From Paragordius varius (taxonomy: Eukaryota > Animalia > Nematomorpha), in assembly GCA_964247055.1 (NCBI GenBank), contig OZ176052.1, forward strand, positions 11,842,001-11,906,000: a stretch of DNA of 64,000 nt, given 5' to 3'. Positions 1 to 15,549 of this stretch are shown here, piece after piece; positions within the stretch are counted from its first letter, which is position 1, and every line of letters starts with the position of its first letter. The notes under the pieces are model-generated. The model was not told the origin of the DNA. It saw only the letters and a program-made list of their open reading frames with translations, and did no database searches. The position numbers and the translations under genes were made by a program.

Positions 1-2537
1 CTACATCTCCTTTTCATTGTTACGCTGCTTGCATTAACCCAGCAGTCCAATTTGGATAATTCATGTTTTGTTTTCATTCATGAGGAGTGAAATGCTATTT
101 ACTATATTTATGATCTATGTTGCTCTTGAATGGCCAATCCATTCAAATTTCATATCCCACAAAATAAGTCTCGAATCCAATAAACTCCTACAATTTTTGC
201 AACTTAATTCCCGATTAAATTCGAATTCTGGCGAAAACTTGGGTACATTATAAAAATTTATAAATTTTGATCATTCCGGCAACATTGAGTTTTTTATGCC
301 TTAAGGTTTTCCTTATAGTTTGCACTCATTAATTATTATAATCCCATTATTTTAAGAAAAAGTTGAGTATAACAGAGTTTAGCTCTTAGCAAGTGCCAAT
401 TTTTTATATTAGTTTATAAAACCCCCAATAATGGATTTAAAAGCTTGCGAACGTGTGGGCTTATATGAATTGAACATTTTTAATTTAACGTTTACATACC
501 ATGCGCGAATGTGTTTAATTACAAAAAATAACAAATACATATATATTAATTTTGTAATACAATGGAAAATTATTTTTAACATTGATTCAAATATTAACTA
601 TCTTTAAAAAAATTTTACATTTTTGCTTGCAATCAGGTTCATTAATGTCATTGGCATCGTTTTCGATTCCATCTTATTGACGCATCACGGGCCACATAAT
701 TATACATATATAATTATAAAACACAATCAAAAAACATTAACTTTAATATTTTTATGGAATGAATCACAATTATAATTAAAAAAATATTAAAAACACGTAT
801 ATCTAATAGATAAAAGGTTTTTTAAGTTACACCGCCATGATTGCAAATGGAATAAGTGTGTGTGCTTTATAAAAAAAGGAAGTCACCATTTAAGTGTGTT
901 TATGATTCAAAGTTAAAATAAAGCATTCTTTATAATTTTTATTTTGGATTTCAATTACTACACCTACTAAATTAGCTTTTATAATAAAATGTTTTACATT
1001 AACGGTTATACACAGTTAAAAAGGTCATTCCTATTTTTTGTATGTAATATAATGACACAAAGCTTTCCGTTATAATTTTTTTTATTTTTTGTTAACATAG
1101 TCTAATAATACATTTACATGTGTGGTAGTCCAATTAATGTAGACTTTTTGTTGCTTTTTTCAGTTATTGATTTTACAATACACTAAAAAAGCAATTTGAT
1201 ATCTGACCAATTTTAGGAAACATATTTTATAAATTCACATTAAATTTTGAGTTTAAGCTTAAGTTTTTGTGTAAAAGCATAGCAATATGAAAGGAAATGT
1301 TTGACCTAGTTTTAGATGCGAACAAATTATTATTACAAAGACAATGCACGGAGATTTTTAGATTTTTATATAGAATTTAACTTTCATATTTTCAGCCCTG
1401 GTAATGAATCACTTAAAATTGTTAAAACAACAATAGAATTCCAATTAAGAGACGTATTAATAAGGAATTATAAAATTAACGTTGTATATATAAATCATTA
1501 GTTCTTTTCCCCTTAATTATCGGAAAAGTTTAATGCACCTAATGTTATTATACTAACAAATATTGTGTAAAAAATAATTTAATTTGTCCACTAACAAACT
1601 TTGAGTTATATTAAAATGTTGTTCGTTTTACGACTCTTGCCTAATCCAATCCATGAAAAAGAAATTAAATTTTAATCTGTAGCTTATTCCGCTAAACTTT
1701 AATTTGTTACAGTTGCATATGGTGTAAAAACCATTAGTTTTTAAAATTAAACAAGTTTTTCCTATGTTATAGCATTGTCTTTTATTTTAGACGCTACTGT
1801 ATAATGATATTATTAATTTTATGACCATATATATTGTAGACAATGTTAAGTATTTTTTGCATAAGCATTTCTTTAATTATTTTTTATATAATATGTGAAT
1901 AAATTTTCTCCCTTTACATCATAATGCTAAAACACAGTCTGACTTTAGTCATTTAACAATATCAAGTTTGTTTTCAGATCGGCATGCTTTTGATCTTTGA
2001 TCCCTTTTACTTTTAGATAGGTGCACATGAGACATATATATATAATATTTCTTTAAAAAACATAAATAAATTTATCATGAGTAAATCACAATATTAATAT
2101 ATCATTTATGTATATTTAAATGATTGAAATTCCTGACTTTTATAAAGTGGCGAAATAGCAATGCGCGCATTTATTATACTTTATTAATTATGAATTATTA
2201 ATTATAAAAACATTTTAACATATTTGTTAAATATGCGTGGTCTAAACATTTGATAACATGATTAAAAATTTATATTTAATGTGTATGCATGCCATTGTAA
2301 AATTTTGAATTTAAATTTTATGTATAAAATATGTGTGATGTGGAGATCGTCGTAAACAACGTAAAATGAAATATAATTTATTGGTTCACAAATTTTCGCC
2401 ATAGGCATCATCAGGAGATACAGTTAAGAAAATATTCCACCTTATTCTACTAGGATTTTCACATCATTTACATTATAAGCCCTCGTCGTTACCCACTCAA
2501 TAAAATAATAATGTGTCGTATATATATATATAAATAG

Positions 2538-5500
2538 TTCCTGGAGAGCCACAAAATGTTACAGTCAAAGTTTTAAACTCCAGTTCCATAGAAGTGTTTT
2601 GGTTTCCACCGTTGGAAGAAGAAAGAAATGGTCAGATTATGGGCTACTTATTAAATTATCGAGAGGTAACACATGTGATATATAGCAAACCTATATTAAT
2701 ACTGTGTCCGCTTTAAAAAATTAACTTGCCGTTAAATATTGATTCTATCGAACATCATAAACTCCTAAAAGTTATAGATAAAATCAAAACTTATTTGAAA
2801 CATACTTTTAAATATTTTCTCCTTAATAACAACGACACATACTATGAAAACATTTTGTGATTTAATTATCATATGATAATCAATTTTAGTAAAATATCTT
2901 AAAAAACGCCTCTAGATTTGTTTCCAAATTCGCTTTTTGTGTATTTTGGATTATTTATTCGAATAAAATAATTATGATTCCTATCGATAAAATAGGACAA
3001 TAGCTTTTATAGAAAAACTAACTAATGAAATGATTTTTACATACAAATTTATTTTATATATATAAGGTAAATTCGAAAGGAAAACACATAGGGATTGACA
3101 AACAAATTACAATACCCCACGGTACCACACAGTCTGCAATCTTATCGGAGTTGAAACCGGACACATTCTATAAAATCAAAGTTGCCGCTTTTACACGCAA
3201 AGGTGATGGTTATCCGAGCAATCCGCAAATCAAAAAAACTTTTGGTGGAGGTAATTTGCGCTGAGATAATTTAGATGATTCACTCTGTATTTCTATGGAG
3301 TTAATTAGCCTTAAAAATAAAAGAACCATACACTTTATATTTTATAATTTCCCTCTTTATTGTAGTACCATCAAGTCCTACCCTGTCACTAAGGTTGCTT
3401 GAAGAAGATCCCGAATTAATTATTCAAGCGGAATGGACTCGACCCCAAATAACTTATGGTACTCTCATGGGTTATCGACTCTTATACCGACCATTTGGTG
3501 GGGATGACAAAAATACGTCACACGTTAAATCACCCATGTCGATTGATATAAAGGGCGGAGATATCTACTATTACAACATTGAAAATTTGGGTATTTTAAT
3601 TTAACTTACTAATTCCATTGCAATTTATAATAATATTATACTCTTCGTATATAGAACGAGGTCAAATTTACGAATTCGTGCTATCCGCCCTAAATGAAAG
3701 AGGATATGGCAAAACAATCAGCAAAATTTACACGACACCAGAAGGAAGTATGAGGCTTTTTCCATCATACATTTAAATATCGTGAATCATGCAACAATAA
3801 TTTATTTTTCTAGAACCACGAAAACCCCCAGTCAATTTACTTTATGAATTTTTGACACCCGCTAAATTGCTTGTATCATGGGAACGGAATCCAGATATCA
3901 AATCTTACGGCGGAAAAATTATTATGAATGAAATCGCTTACACGCTTTCGGTACATAAACTTTTTATAATTTTTTTAAAATTATTTTAAATATGAAAAGC
4001 TAGAAAATTATATTTTTATATTTAATATATAGGAAAAAATGTATAATGACGATTTCGAACAACTATTTAACACGACAAATTTTAAGTACACCTTGAACGA
4101 TTTAACCGACACGACATACATAGCCATCAAAGTTCGATATTATACCATTAAAGGAAGTAGTCCATGGTCTCCATCGATCAAAATTTATCTTTCTGAAAAG
4201 GGTAAATTGAATAATAAAATATTTTTATTTTTAATTTACTTATTTAAATACTAAACAAAATTTCAAATATACCTAGCATCAACTCCTGTTAATAACGTAC
4301 GGATTTATGCCACAACACCCACATCTATCAGTGTTAATTGGAATCCCCCATTGATTAACATTGAAGAAAGCAACAACCAAACTTCCATGCGCCTACCAAA
4401 TCACATTTTATCATATCTGGTAAAAATCAAAATTTCCGTTTTTAATTGATTAATTGGTTAATTTAATGTTTATATTGATTTTTTACCAAAACTTGCTTGA
4501 GTCAATTTGTTTTTTATTGATACTTTTTAACAACCATTAATCTATAATTCCTTTCGACTAGAGTATTTTATATAAAAATTCTCAAATGAATTCATATTGA
4601 TTATATATTTCAGATATTTTATGGCCTTGAAAGTCACATACCTGATTACAGAGATTGGAATGTGGTTAAAATACCAACGAATATGTTAGAGCTTGATGAA
4701 TCCCATAGGTACCACACTTCCGTAACTTTGTTACAGCCATTAACTGAATACGCGGTTCAGATTGCCCCATTAACAACTAAAGGCTTAGGTAAAAACTATA
4801 TATATTTATATATATAAATTTTGTAAAAAATGCAAAAGTAGTGCTGTGTTGCTATAATTTATTGCTATATTGCATTTTATTCCATTTCCGGTTTGCGTGT
4901 ATTATGTAATGCAAAAAAGCTGCTTCAGATATGTTAGTACAGTGAGATATAGAGACTGTATGACTCCTGTGCAATTTATATCACTAGTATTACAATTTAT
5001 TTCTAAATTATTGATTTTTTACAAAATCTTACTAATATCTAAAGTTATTGAAACTTGGTAAAAAGTAAATTTAAAAAAATGGTTAGGCTAGCATATTTCC
5101 TAAAATTATAGTGTCTGAACGTTATAAACGTGATTATAAGTTACATTTAAATTTTTAAGGAGCCATTTATTATGAATTTATTCTTGACTAAATAAAATTA
5201 TATCATTCCAAATTTAAAATTTTAATTTTAGTGGTAAATGTAAAAGATTGTAAAAATATGTTTATCAGGAATCACCAGTCAATTGATAAAAGTCAAAACA
5301 GACCCTATCGATATGCCTGCAAATTTAGAGCTAAGGTACTCCGATAACCAAATACTGGTGTCTTGGGATCCACCTAACTATATTACGTTGCCTATCACTG
5401 GTTATGAAGTATGTTTTTGATCACAAATTATATATATTTATAAGATATAAAGTTTTTCATATATCAATTTTTCGAAACAATTAATTGTATGCAATTCTTA

Positions 5501-8500
5501 AGAAAATAATAAATTTTGATGGCAAAACACTAACATTTTTTTGATTTATTATAAAATTATGTCGTTAAGATAATTTATGCATAATACATTAAGAAATTTC
5601 TAAAGTGTGCGAATAATTTTATTCCCACCTACTCATATAATGGAACATCAACACCTCAAGTTTTGGTTGGTGCGTTTGTCAACGTGGTGTCTAGATAAAT
5701 TATGTCAAACTTGTTATATGTTACATTCATTTATAAAAAAATGATTACCATGAAAATACTATATATATATGATTAAAATATGAATATTTTTTAGCTCTTA
5801 TTTAATTTATTTATTCATCCATAGATTATTCTTCTCAAGAAGATCTAAAAAGTTTTTTGTGAATAATGAATTGAATCTAAATGATGATATTTTTAGTAAT
5901 TAGTAATATTAGGTTTAGAATTTTAAAATATTATATTTTTCTTAAACAAGTTTTTAATATTTTTGAGGCTAAATTTGTTAAAAATTATATATTTTGGTTA
6001 TCACTCCAAATTTTTTTACGACGTTTCATGTAAAAACAAATCTATGCCGATATCAAACGTTAATAAAACATTTGATATATATAAATATATAATTTTCCTA
6101 TAATATATATGTATATATATATTAATATTAACTACTGTTTTTTAGATTACATACCAGGGACGCAAAACCTTTACCGAATCTAATGGTACTAAAACGCATT
6201 TATCATTTTCCCCGCAGCATTTATTGTATAACACGCCCAATATAACTCCTCGCAAATTGCAAGAACAACCTGCTAACCATAGATTTACAACTTCAATAAG
6301 AAATCTCGAACCATTTACGAATTATACTGTCAAAGTTTTTTTAAGCCGAAACAACTCAATTTCAACCTCTACTAATAATTTACCAGGCTACGATTTTTTT
6401 CGCAATATGGATCGGCCTGGTCCCACTAAAACCATACAAACAGCTATCTCTGGTGAATATTTTTTTATTTAAATCAAAATCCTATGTTGGTCTAGGGGTC
6501 TGGGCGAGTTTTTTTCTCTCAAATATTTAAATATTTCCCATGAACGTATATGTTATAATTTGATATAAAAAGATAAATAATATAATTTAGAATCATCATT
6601 CTTTATCCATATTCGGATATGATAGGAGTTTTTTTTGTACAATTCTTAATTATGTACAAATTTTGGATTATTTTTATAACTTGGTATTAACTTATAATAT
6701 ACTTTTAGAACCTGCATCTTTTACCAATTATCCGCGAATCCTGCCATTGAAACGAAATACTTCAAATTCAGAAAAAGATTTAACATACGGGAGAGTTATC
6801 TGGTTTTCTTTGCCTCGAACCTCCGAGCGATACGGTCCCATTAGCCATTACATTGTAATTGTAGTACCTAAAAACAATCGTTACATGTTATCATCAAGGC
6901 AAACCAAAAGAAACGTACACTACACTCAAGATATATCTTTGCAAGAAGTATATTTATTTTGTGACAATTATATTTTGGTTAATATAATGTACTAGAATTT
7001 TGTAAAGCTATCGTTTTATGCGTTGTGGTCAAATTTTATAAATATTACTTCCACAAATACATATTATTGTTTAACGGATTGTGTCTTACGTTATCATTTT
7101 TTACTTTATATAAAAGTGTATCGTCATTTGCATTAACCATATTAACTTAATATTATTTCAGAATTCGCATCTCTTAAATAAAAGCTAACAATTAAATAAA
7201 TTCTCAATAATACAATAAAAAGGGGTTTGGAGTTAAAATATGATAAATTGTAATTTATTTTTATTTTAGCTAATCATGTCTCAAGATAGCAAAGCGCTAA
7301 ATAATCCCTACATAGCAGCCTTATTGACTGAAGACAGTAAGACTTTGGAAGCTTTTCCCTTGGGCGATAATAATGTTTATAATGGATTTTTGAATCGGTA
7401 CCTTGAACCTAACACTGAATACTCGTTGTTTGTCCGTGCATTTACTTCCCTTGAGCCATTTAATCCAAACATCGTTCGAACAGATGGTGCCCACAAACTA
7501 GATATTATTCAAATGGTAACCCGTTTTTTCAGAATTCAACATTAAAAATTAACATATCAATACAATGTATTATGGATCGCAATGATTCTCGTATTCGATT
7601 TAAAATACAATTACATATTTCTATAAATAAAATAATTTTTAATACTTTTTGACAATTAATGATATGAAATTGTGAGTTAATTATCATAAAATTAATATAA
7701 GGTTACGATAAAATTTTTATTAATGTTTTTTCGAATATGTTTAATATTCTTCTGTAATAATATATTATTCCCTAATTTTTTATTAAATTGAACACAGTAT
7801 CCCTTGTACACATCAAGTCCTCTGTCGCAAAGTATATCACTCTCTGCTTATGTTAGAGGTGATTATATTGATATTGAACCTAATGCCATGTTTTCTTCGT
7901 CTCATCACGGAAAAGACAATCATCCATCAGCTATCCTCAACCACTTACACGAAAATAACGAGGAATATGACACTGAAAATGGAATAGAAGTAGTAGGCAA
8001 ACACTCCTCCTCCAATATTGTGTGGGCCGATAATGGAAAAAGATCCACCCTAAATGGTAAAGGACATCCGCATGGAAAAAACGGTCGTCAACTTTATAAA
8101 CCGATGACAACCCTGATTGTCGCTAGTATTTCACTCATCCTTGGGCTATTTGTCATGGCTCTAACTACTTATTACATTTGTACACGGCGAAAAAATAGGT
8201 AATTATCACGTATTTGTAAAAAATTATTTTTGTCTTTAGTAATCTCTCGAATTTTTTTGTACGCTATATATCAGAGTATGTATAAGGGTACAAATGCACA
8301 ATTTACAATAAATGTATTTGCCAACCCTGGGAAGACGTGTTTAAGCGTTATCGATCTAGTTAACTACAATATAAATATGCGTTATTTAGGAAACGACAAA
8401 ATTATTTGGCTAAAGCCAATGTCTCAACCAACACGTCTTTAACGGTCGGTAATCACCACACAGGACTAAGAAATGGATCTATTGGTAACAGACAACCTCT

Positions 8501-11500
8501 ACCAAATAATTATTATGGTACGGACAGTACCAAAAGACTTTTAACAGGAAGCCCCAATCCCCGCGATTCCGATCGAGAAGGAATAAATAATAGGTTTGTT
8601 GTTTAATTCGGATAACATTATAATTCAATTATTGTGTTCTGTTTGATATTGTCAGATATTTACTACAGTAGATACGAAATTAATGAATAAAATCACGAAA
8701 AAAACCGAAATTTTATATACCAACTTGAAGCCAATAATATTTTTTTATATTATAGTAAATGAAATCTGACCATATTTAATCAAAAACTAGCAATTAACTC
8801 ATATATATATATATATATACCCTTTGATGTGGTTTCAATACATTACCATTTATTTGTTTTTTCATGCAGAGGTAGCTATATTCAATTTGATGATACTGTT
8901 ACCAGCACACCTTCGAAACTATTAAATGGACAAGCGAACAATGGCTTCAAAAAATTATCTCTACTTATTTCTAATAATGCTACAAATACGCAACAATCGA
9001 ATTCGCCGGATCAAGCCGAGCTAGAGCAACTTTTATCTACCGATGGGTAAATTCTATGGAATATTTTTATTCGGCTACTTGCCTATAAAGTGTTTATAAC
9101 TTATTTAATAATCCCATATTAAATAGTTGCGTTTTTTTCTAAAAAATATTCACTTGAGCTCACATTCTGACATATTTTACTGACTTTCATCAAACATTAA
9201 AAAATATTATATTTGTATCCACTTTATTTAGATCAAGCAAACGAAAGTTCGGCTCCTAATTAAAATTACCGAAAAACAATGTATTATGCTTAAAATAAAT
9301 TATATAGGGCCCAAAACTATATCTTATTCCAAACGATTAACTATTTCAAAATATGATAACTGCACAGTGAATTACACATTTTAGAACAAATAAATCTTGA
9401 GATTGGTTGTAATTTATAATGAGGATTTAACATCCTATTTTATTCATTTCGAAATTGACACATATCCATTAAGTGGTAAGCCATATCTTGGAATGTTTTA
9501 AGATGTCCAATTTTTATGCAGTTAATCACAACGGTTGTGGCGCTATTTCGTGTGGTACTTGCATGGTGTATAAATATGAAAAAAATATTCTTTATGTGCA
9601 AAAATAAATGCTATCAAGCATACGATCTATTCTAAAACAGTCTAAAGTTTTAAAAAATATATCCAACTTATTTATAAAATCTGATAGTCAATCTAGTAAT
9701 GTATTTTCACAAATTACCGAAAATGGCACAAGTAGAGAAACTCTTTAAATCACCATTTTCTTTTTTACAATTTAATTAATTATTTTATTCATCGCAATAT
9801 TTTTAACTTTTTATAGGTTAAAAAGTTTGGGCGCAACCGTTTTCTCCAACAATAAAGCCAATTATGACTTCATCCCACCCATAAAATATTCAAGATTGGC
9901 TTCACATATAGAGCATTTCAAAGAAAATAACAATCAATTGTTTAAACAAGAATATCAGGTAATAATATTTACAGGAAAATTGAAATTATAAAACACCAAT
10001 ATAGGAAAAGACTACCATACATATTAATTATTAATTTTTAATATAACTTATAAAAAAGGGATAAATATCTAAGTTGATATACATTCTATATATGTAAATA
10101 TATTATTTATGAAGAAAAAATCAAGCTATTAAAAAGTATGGCTATCTTTTTTAAAAATATATGTCTATTATTTTTTACGTTTTGTCTTAAATTTTTAACT
10201 ATTTTTTGAGAATTTTTATTCTGTTTATGCTCTTGGATATTGCTTTATGATAAAATAAAAGCATTTTTGTACATATTAAAGGTTATCGATCCTAAAAGAG
10301 AGTTTTCAAGTCATGCTAGTTTTGCGCCTCACAACAAACTAAAGAACAGATATGCTAATGTTGTGGCCTACGATCATTCTCGTGTCATTTTGAATTATAG
10401 TAAGGCAAATTCTGTCCCTGAAAATACGCATGATTATATAAATGCTAATTACATTGATGGATTCAACAAAAAGAAAGCGTACATTGCCACCCAAGGTAAA
10501 TTATTCATACAAATTTTGTGCAAGTTTTATTATAAGAAGCGATCATTTAATTAACAGATCTTTAGCGGCTACGCTAATGATTTTATCATTTCCAAGCAAA
10601 AATTTTAAAAAATTAATGCTATTTAATTATAATTACATATAAAAAATTTACACAATACCATAAAAATATTAAATTCTATTTTAACAGCCACATCAATAAT
10701 TCAATATAATATTTCAAAATATTATTTATAGCTAAATATCGACATTTATTTAACTGTGTTTTTAGGTCCCTTGCCTGAAACTCTATGGGATTTTTGGCGT
10801 ATGATTTGGCAACAAAAAAGTCACACCATAGTTATGTTGACTAAATTGGAGGAACGAAATCGCATAAAATGCGACAAATATTGGCCGGACCGTGGCACTG
10901 TTGATACGTATGAAGAGACGCTTCATCAAGAATACAGCACTTTAGGTTCACAGAAAAAGTAGATTTTCTTTTTTAATTTGAATTTAAAATCATATTTTTG
11001 TTAAAAATGCTTTTTTATTTAAATTTTAAATATAATTTTTAAAGGAGATAGTTTCAATCTTCTTATTTAAAAAGAGTGGTAAAGGTCAATTTATTTAGGA
11101 TAAATTTGTAAAGTGCACATAAAATTAAATATAGATATTATTTAAAACATTTTATTTCATTATTTGTTTATTATCTCATATATTTTTATTATACATCAAA
11201 TTTACATAGCAATGAAGAAATATTTCAAAATGTACTGGTTGACAGTTTGGAATTAGCCACTTACACTATCCGAACATTTTGTCTGATGAACGTAAGAATT
11301 AAATTATTAGTTACCTATTACAAATAAGTTCCGGTTACTATATTAATAAAAGCCAGTATATATATTTATATATATATAGCCAAATTTCAATAAAACAAAC
11401 CTTTTGTACTGTTGGAATAAAAATATATCCATAAAGGGCAATATTTTTAATGGTTAAATATCTAATATTTTTTTAGTTTTTCCTTTGATTTAAAACTTAT

Positions 11501-14500
11501 TTATATGATTTTTTATATTGACCCACATTAAATTTGTTTAGGTTCGAACAAAGGAGAAAAGAGAAATTAAGCAATTTCAATATACGGCTTGGCCTGACCA
11601 CGGAGTTCCCGAATATCCGACACCTTTTCTCAATTTCGTTAAACGTGTCAGAGCCTCAAATCCTATTGATGCAGGACCGATTGTTATTCATTGCAGGTTT
11701 TTCAAATTAACTTTAATAATTTGTCCTAAATTATTGTGATGATAACTACTGTTGAAATAATAGAAATATTATTTCAATGGTTTTGTTACTTGAAAACAAA
11801 GTGTCCATATTTTTTAAAATATAATTTATTGGTATAATATAATATTATTACGAACATTTTTAATAATATAATATGATTTTGACAAAAATAGAAATAAAAA
11901 ATAAGGCTAAATAATTGATGTTTTTACTTATCATAATTATAGCGCTGGTGTTGGTCGAACAGGCACCTATATTGTTGTGGACATAGCTTTAGATCAATTA
12001 GAATCAGTAAGAAACGATCAAGAATTTAATGATGCAAATAATAATACCAATTTAAAAGACAACTTGGAAATAAGCGTTTTTGAACAGGTAACCAAATTGC
12101 GCTGTCAACGAAATTTCATGGTACAAACAGTGGATCAATACATTTTCATCTATGATTGCATTTTAGGTATATCACTTGATATATTGGTTTTTACCGAAAT
12201 AAAATTATAATTTTTTAATTTTTGATTTCACGTACTAATACAAATGAATGTCCATTGATTTTATGCAAAATATTTAATATTTAGAGGGTTATGAAACCGG
12301 TAACACAGAAATATCAGCCATAGATTTATTTGGTCACATTCAAACGTTGGAAAGTTTACCTCTGAACAAATTTACACCATATACTCAAAATAGCGATTTT
12401 ATGTTGGGCATTGAAAAAGAATTTAAAGTATTCATCAACATATTTAATTTATAATTATATTAATCGAATTTTAAAATATTTTAAATATATTATTTATTGG
12501 TTTTTTTATATTGAAATAGAACATCTCAAAAGGTATTATGCAATCGCACGGACAAAAATTTGTTCATGCAACGGAGTTTGTAAATAAACGCAAAAATCGA
12601 CAATACAATATTTTGCCTTATGAATACAATCGGGTTTATATATCGCCGCTACCAGGAATCGAAGGATCAGATTATATTAACGCCTCTTTTATTGATGTAA
12701 AATTTGCCATTTAATTGTTATAAATTTAATATTTTCCCCTAATGTTAATACAATAAAATTCGTTTGGATTATTAAAGACTGTAAAGTGTATAATTTTTTC
12801 ACCATATTTGTTTCTTTTTAAAAATAATATTTATCCTAAAAAATTTTAGGGTTATAAAGAAAAAAATGCGTACATCGCGACACAAGGTCCTTTGCCAGAA
12901 ACGATAAATGATTTTTGGAGAATGCTTTGGGAACATAACTCAAATATTATAGTTATGCTCACTCAAATTAATGAATGTGGAAAGGTAATATATTTAATTA
13001 TCTTTGATAATTTAATCAAAAGTGTAAAATATAAAAAACCATTGTGTTCAAATACTCTCCGTTTTATTAGCACTAGTTTCAATATTAATTCATTTATATA
13101 CCATTTTTTACAATTTAAAGGCGAAATGTGCCCCCTATTGGCCAGTGGATGGCCCAATGCGATATGGGAGATACATTGTTGAACCAGTGGCCGAATATTC
13201 GATGCCACAATATATTTTGCGAGAATTCAAAATTACTGATACCAAGCCTGCCAATGATTTCATTATGAATGCCACACTAAGGCGACAACAAAGAATGACA
13301 ACCACGGCCCCTCGACCATCCAACAATGATAATCAAATTTCGGCATTTCAAACAGCAAATTCTCCAAACAATAGTTTAAGATTCGAAGGGGAGGACCATC
13401 ACAATGAAAACATGCCAATTTTTGAGGACATTATGGCTAAATCTATGAGCAATACTCAGGAATATGGCGTAATTAATCATTTATTAAGCATTTAATCGAT
13501 TGGTTTAAGTACACAAAACTATTTTTGTTTTGGTTTTATTTTTTTTACAACTAACGAAAAAATTATATACGAATACATTTAACATATAATGAGCACAAAT
13601 TGATGTTTGATAATTTTAATTTGCCCACCATCACAAAATTTTATAATTTAGATGGTAAACTCTTCATACTGTAACAATGGGTTATATTCATCCGCCTATT
13701 CCTCCAACTCTAGCGTTGTTGGGTCAAACCCTTTAAATTATATACCATCCACATCTCCCTCAAGAACTATTCGACAATTTCATTTTGATTGTGCCTCCAA
13801 TTGTCTTGATGATTTTGGGGGAACATTACCCCATCGAAATCAAGTAATATTATAGATGAAAATGCTTTAAAAAGATTCTGTAAATACAGGGCTAAATAAT
13901 TGACAATTATATTTTTTAAAAAAATGTAGGGAGTTACGGTAATCCGATAAATTAACATATTACCAAATCTATTATTATTTAGGTAAATCATCAAATTCCC
14001 TTAACACCCCATCACAACACATTACGACACTCAACTCGTAATTTAATGCCACTTTATCCTTCCTCCGAAAGATTGCAATTGAATGATTTCATGTTGCATG
14101 AAAATGAAACAGATTTTGAAAATATGATTAATCCAAAACACAGGGTATGTTTTATCATTTTTAGTGCATATTATGACAAAAGCGATTCTAGATATTTCAT
14201 AGAAAGTGGTATAATTTCACAAGTCATTTTGGAAGTTATATCACAGGGCATTGAATCCCTCGCCACTGATATACCTTACTATCAATTTTATTTTACATTT
14301 GAATATAATTCTAAATAATATATAATAATTATAAGTTAATTTAGCCCAAAGATTATTTTTAGCGTAAATTTGAAATTGGAATAAATAGGCGAATGGTGGT
14401 CATTCACTATTACCTATTTTAAATTTTATGAATTTATCCTTTTTTTACCGGCACAAAATGCGTCAAAGATATAAAGTGTTACAAAAGGGTATGTTTTATC

Positions 14501-15335
14501 TTTTACCATCCTTTTCATAATAGACCACGACAATTGGTGGTGGTACATTATCATCGGTCTCTTCGAGTACTTTGCCTCACAATCACCATTCATCATCCTC
14601 CATGCTTTTACTTTCTTCATCCAAGTCTTCGAATTGGCATTCTCCCATCCCTCTACTGACCACATCCAATAATACTCACAAAGGCGTTGTTGTTCCATCA
14701 TCGTGGAAGGAACAGCTGGAAGAAAATTTCTTGGAACTCATTGGACAAGTCCATAAAACAAAAGATCAATTTGGGGCCGATGGCCCAATCACTGTTCATT
14801 GCAGTAATGGGGCAGGTTTAACGGGTGCGTTCTTAGCCATCGCTATAACAGTTCATCGAATGAAATACGAGAGTAAAGTTGATTTAGCACAAACTGTCCG
14901 ATGGTTACGACAACAAAGACCAGGAATGATTCAAACTCTGGTATGAATCTAATTGTATTCGTTTAACTCTCGATTAAATTAATTACAAAATTAATGGAAA
15001 AAACTAAAAAACATAATTTATCATTGGCACAAGTTATGATCTCAAGGCATATTTTTTGTTTGCACGCATATATGTATTTATAAGTATTTAACCCTTAAAT
15101 TTTCGTATATATTAGTAATTTACCTTTCTTAATAAAATATGTTATGTTTTTTTAAAAAAATTATTGATTGCATCATACGGTTTTTTTTAATAATTATCTT
15201 ATTATTGTGCTACTTAAAAATCATGTTAGTATAAAATAAATATATATATAAATTTTAATGATATAGAATCAATACCGATTTTGCTACAAAGCTGCCTTAC
15301 AATATCTCAAATCGTTCGACATGTATGCACCATAA
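2538..15335 (+). CDS. Lar: LAR-family (type IIa) receptor protein tyrosine phosphatase, 5'-partial: FN3 repeats, TM helix, tandem PTP D1/D2
   Basis: Hand-spliced GT-AG exons with consistent phases: 2538-2665, 3067-3250, 3366-3590, 3655-3747, 3814-3950, 4033-4201, 4277-4419, 4614-4788, 5269-5408, 6146-6452, 6709-6947, 7270-7515, 7798-8198 ([25 protein letters not shown]), 8390-8593, 8870-9046, 9817-9958, 10282-10495, 10766-10958, 11210-11291, 11542-11696, 11943-12166, 12285-12427, 12520-12696, 12850-12984, 13121-13468, 13652-13843, 13983-14144, 14524-14940, 15268-15335 (stop). FN3 motifs such as [10 protein letters not shown]; D1 motifs [24 protein letters not shown]; D2 LAR signature [22 protein letters not shown] and C-terminus [19 protein letters not shown]. 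Ig exons not seen, presumably upstream of the window. Confidence 0.93.
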
Positions 15336-15549
15336 ATATCTCGAAATAACTCACACATGCATTTAGGTGCAATCATATAATATATAAATTGATTTATTAC
15401 TACAATTAAAATATATTATTATATGTAACCTATTTCTAAAATCATGAAATCTAATAGCTTTAATAATAAATTTTGATACATATATGAAAATTGCATTGAT
15501 AGTTTGAGCATTTAACTGCTTATTACAAAAATTATATAATTAAAAAAAA

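Noticed and set aside
1-2500. ORFs 68-253 and 1316-1501, and a possible 5-nt LAR micro-exon at 1396-1400
   Set aside because: No Ig or FN3 motif and no phase-consistent link to the first LAR exon; treated as intron sequence.
12963-14701. Minus-strand ORFs at 12963, 13135, 13767 and 14426
   Set aside because: Antisense shadows of LAR exons with no independent motifs.
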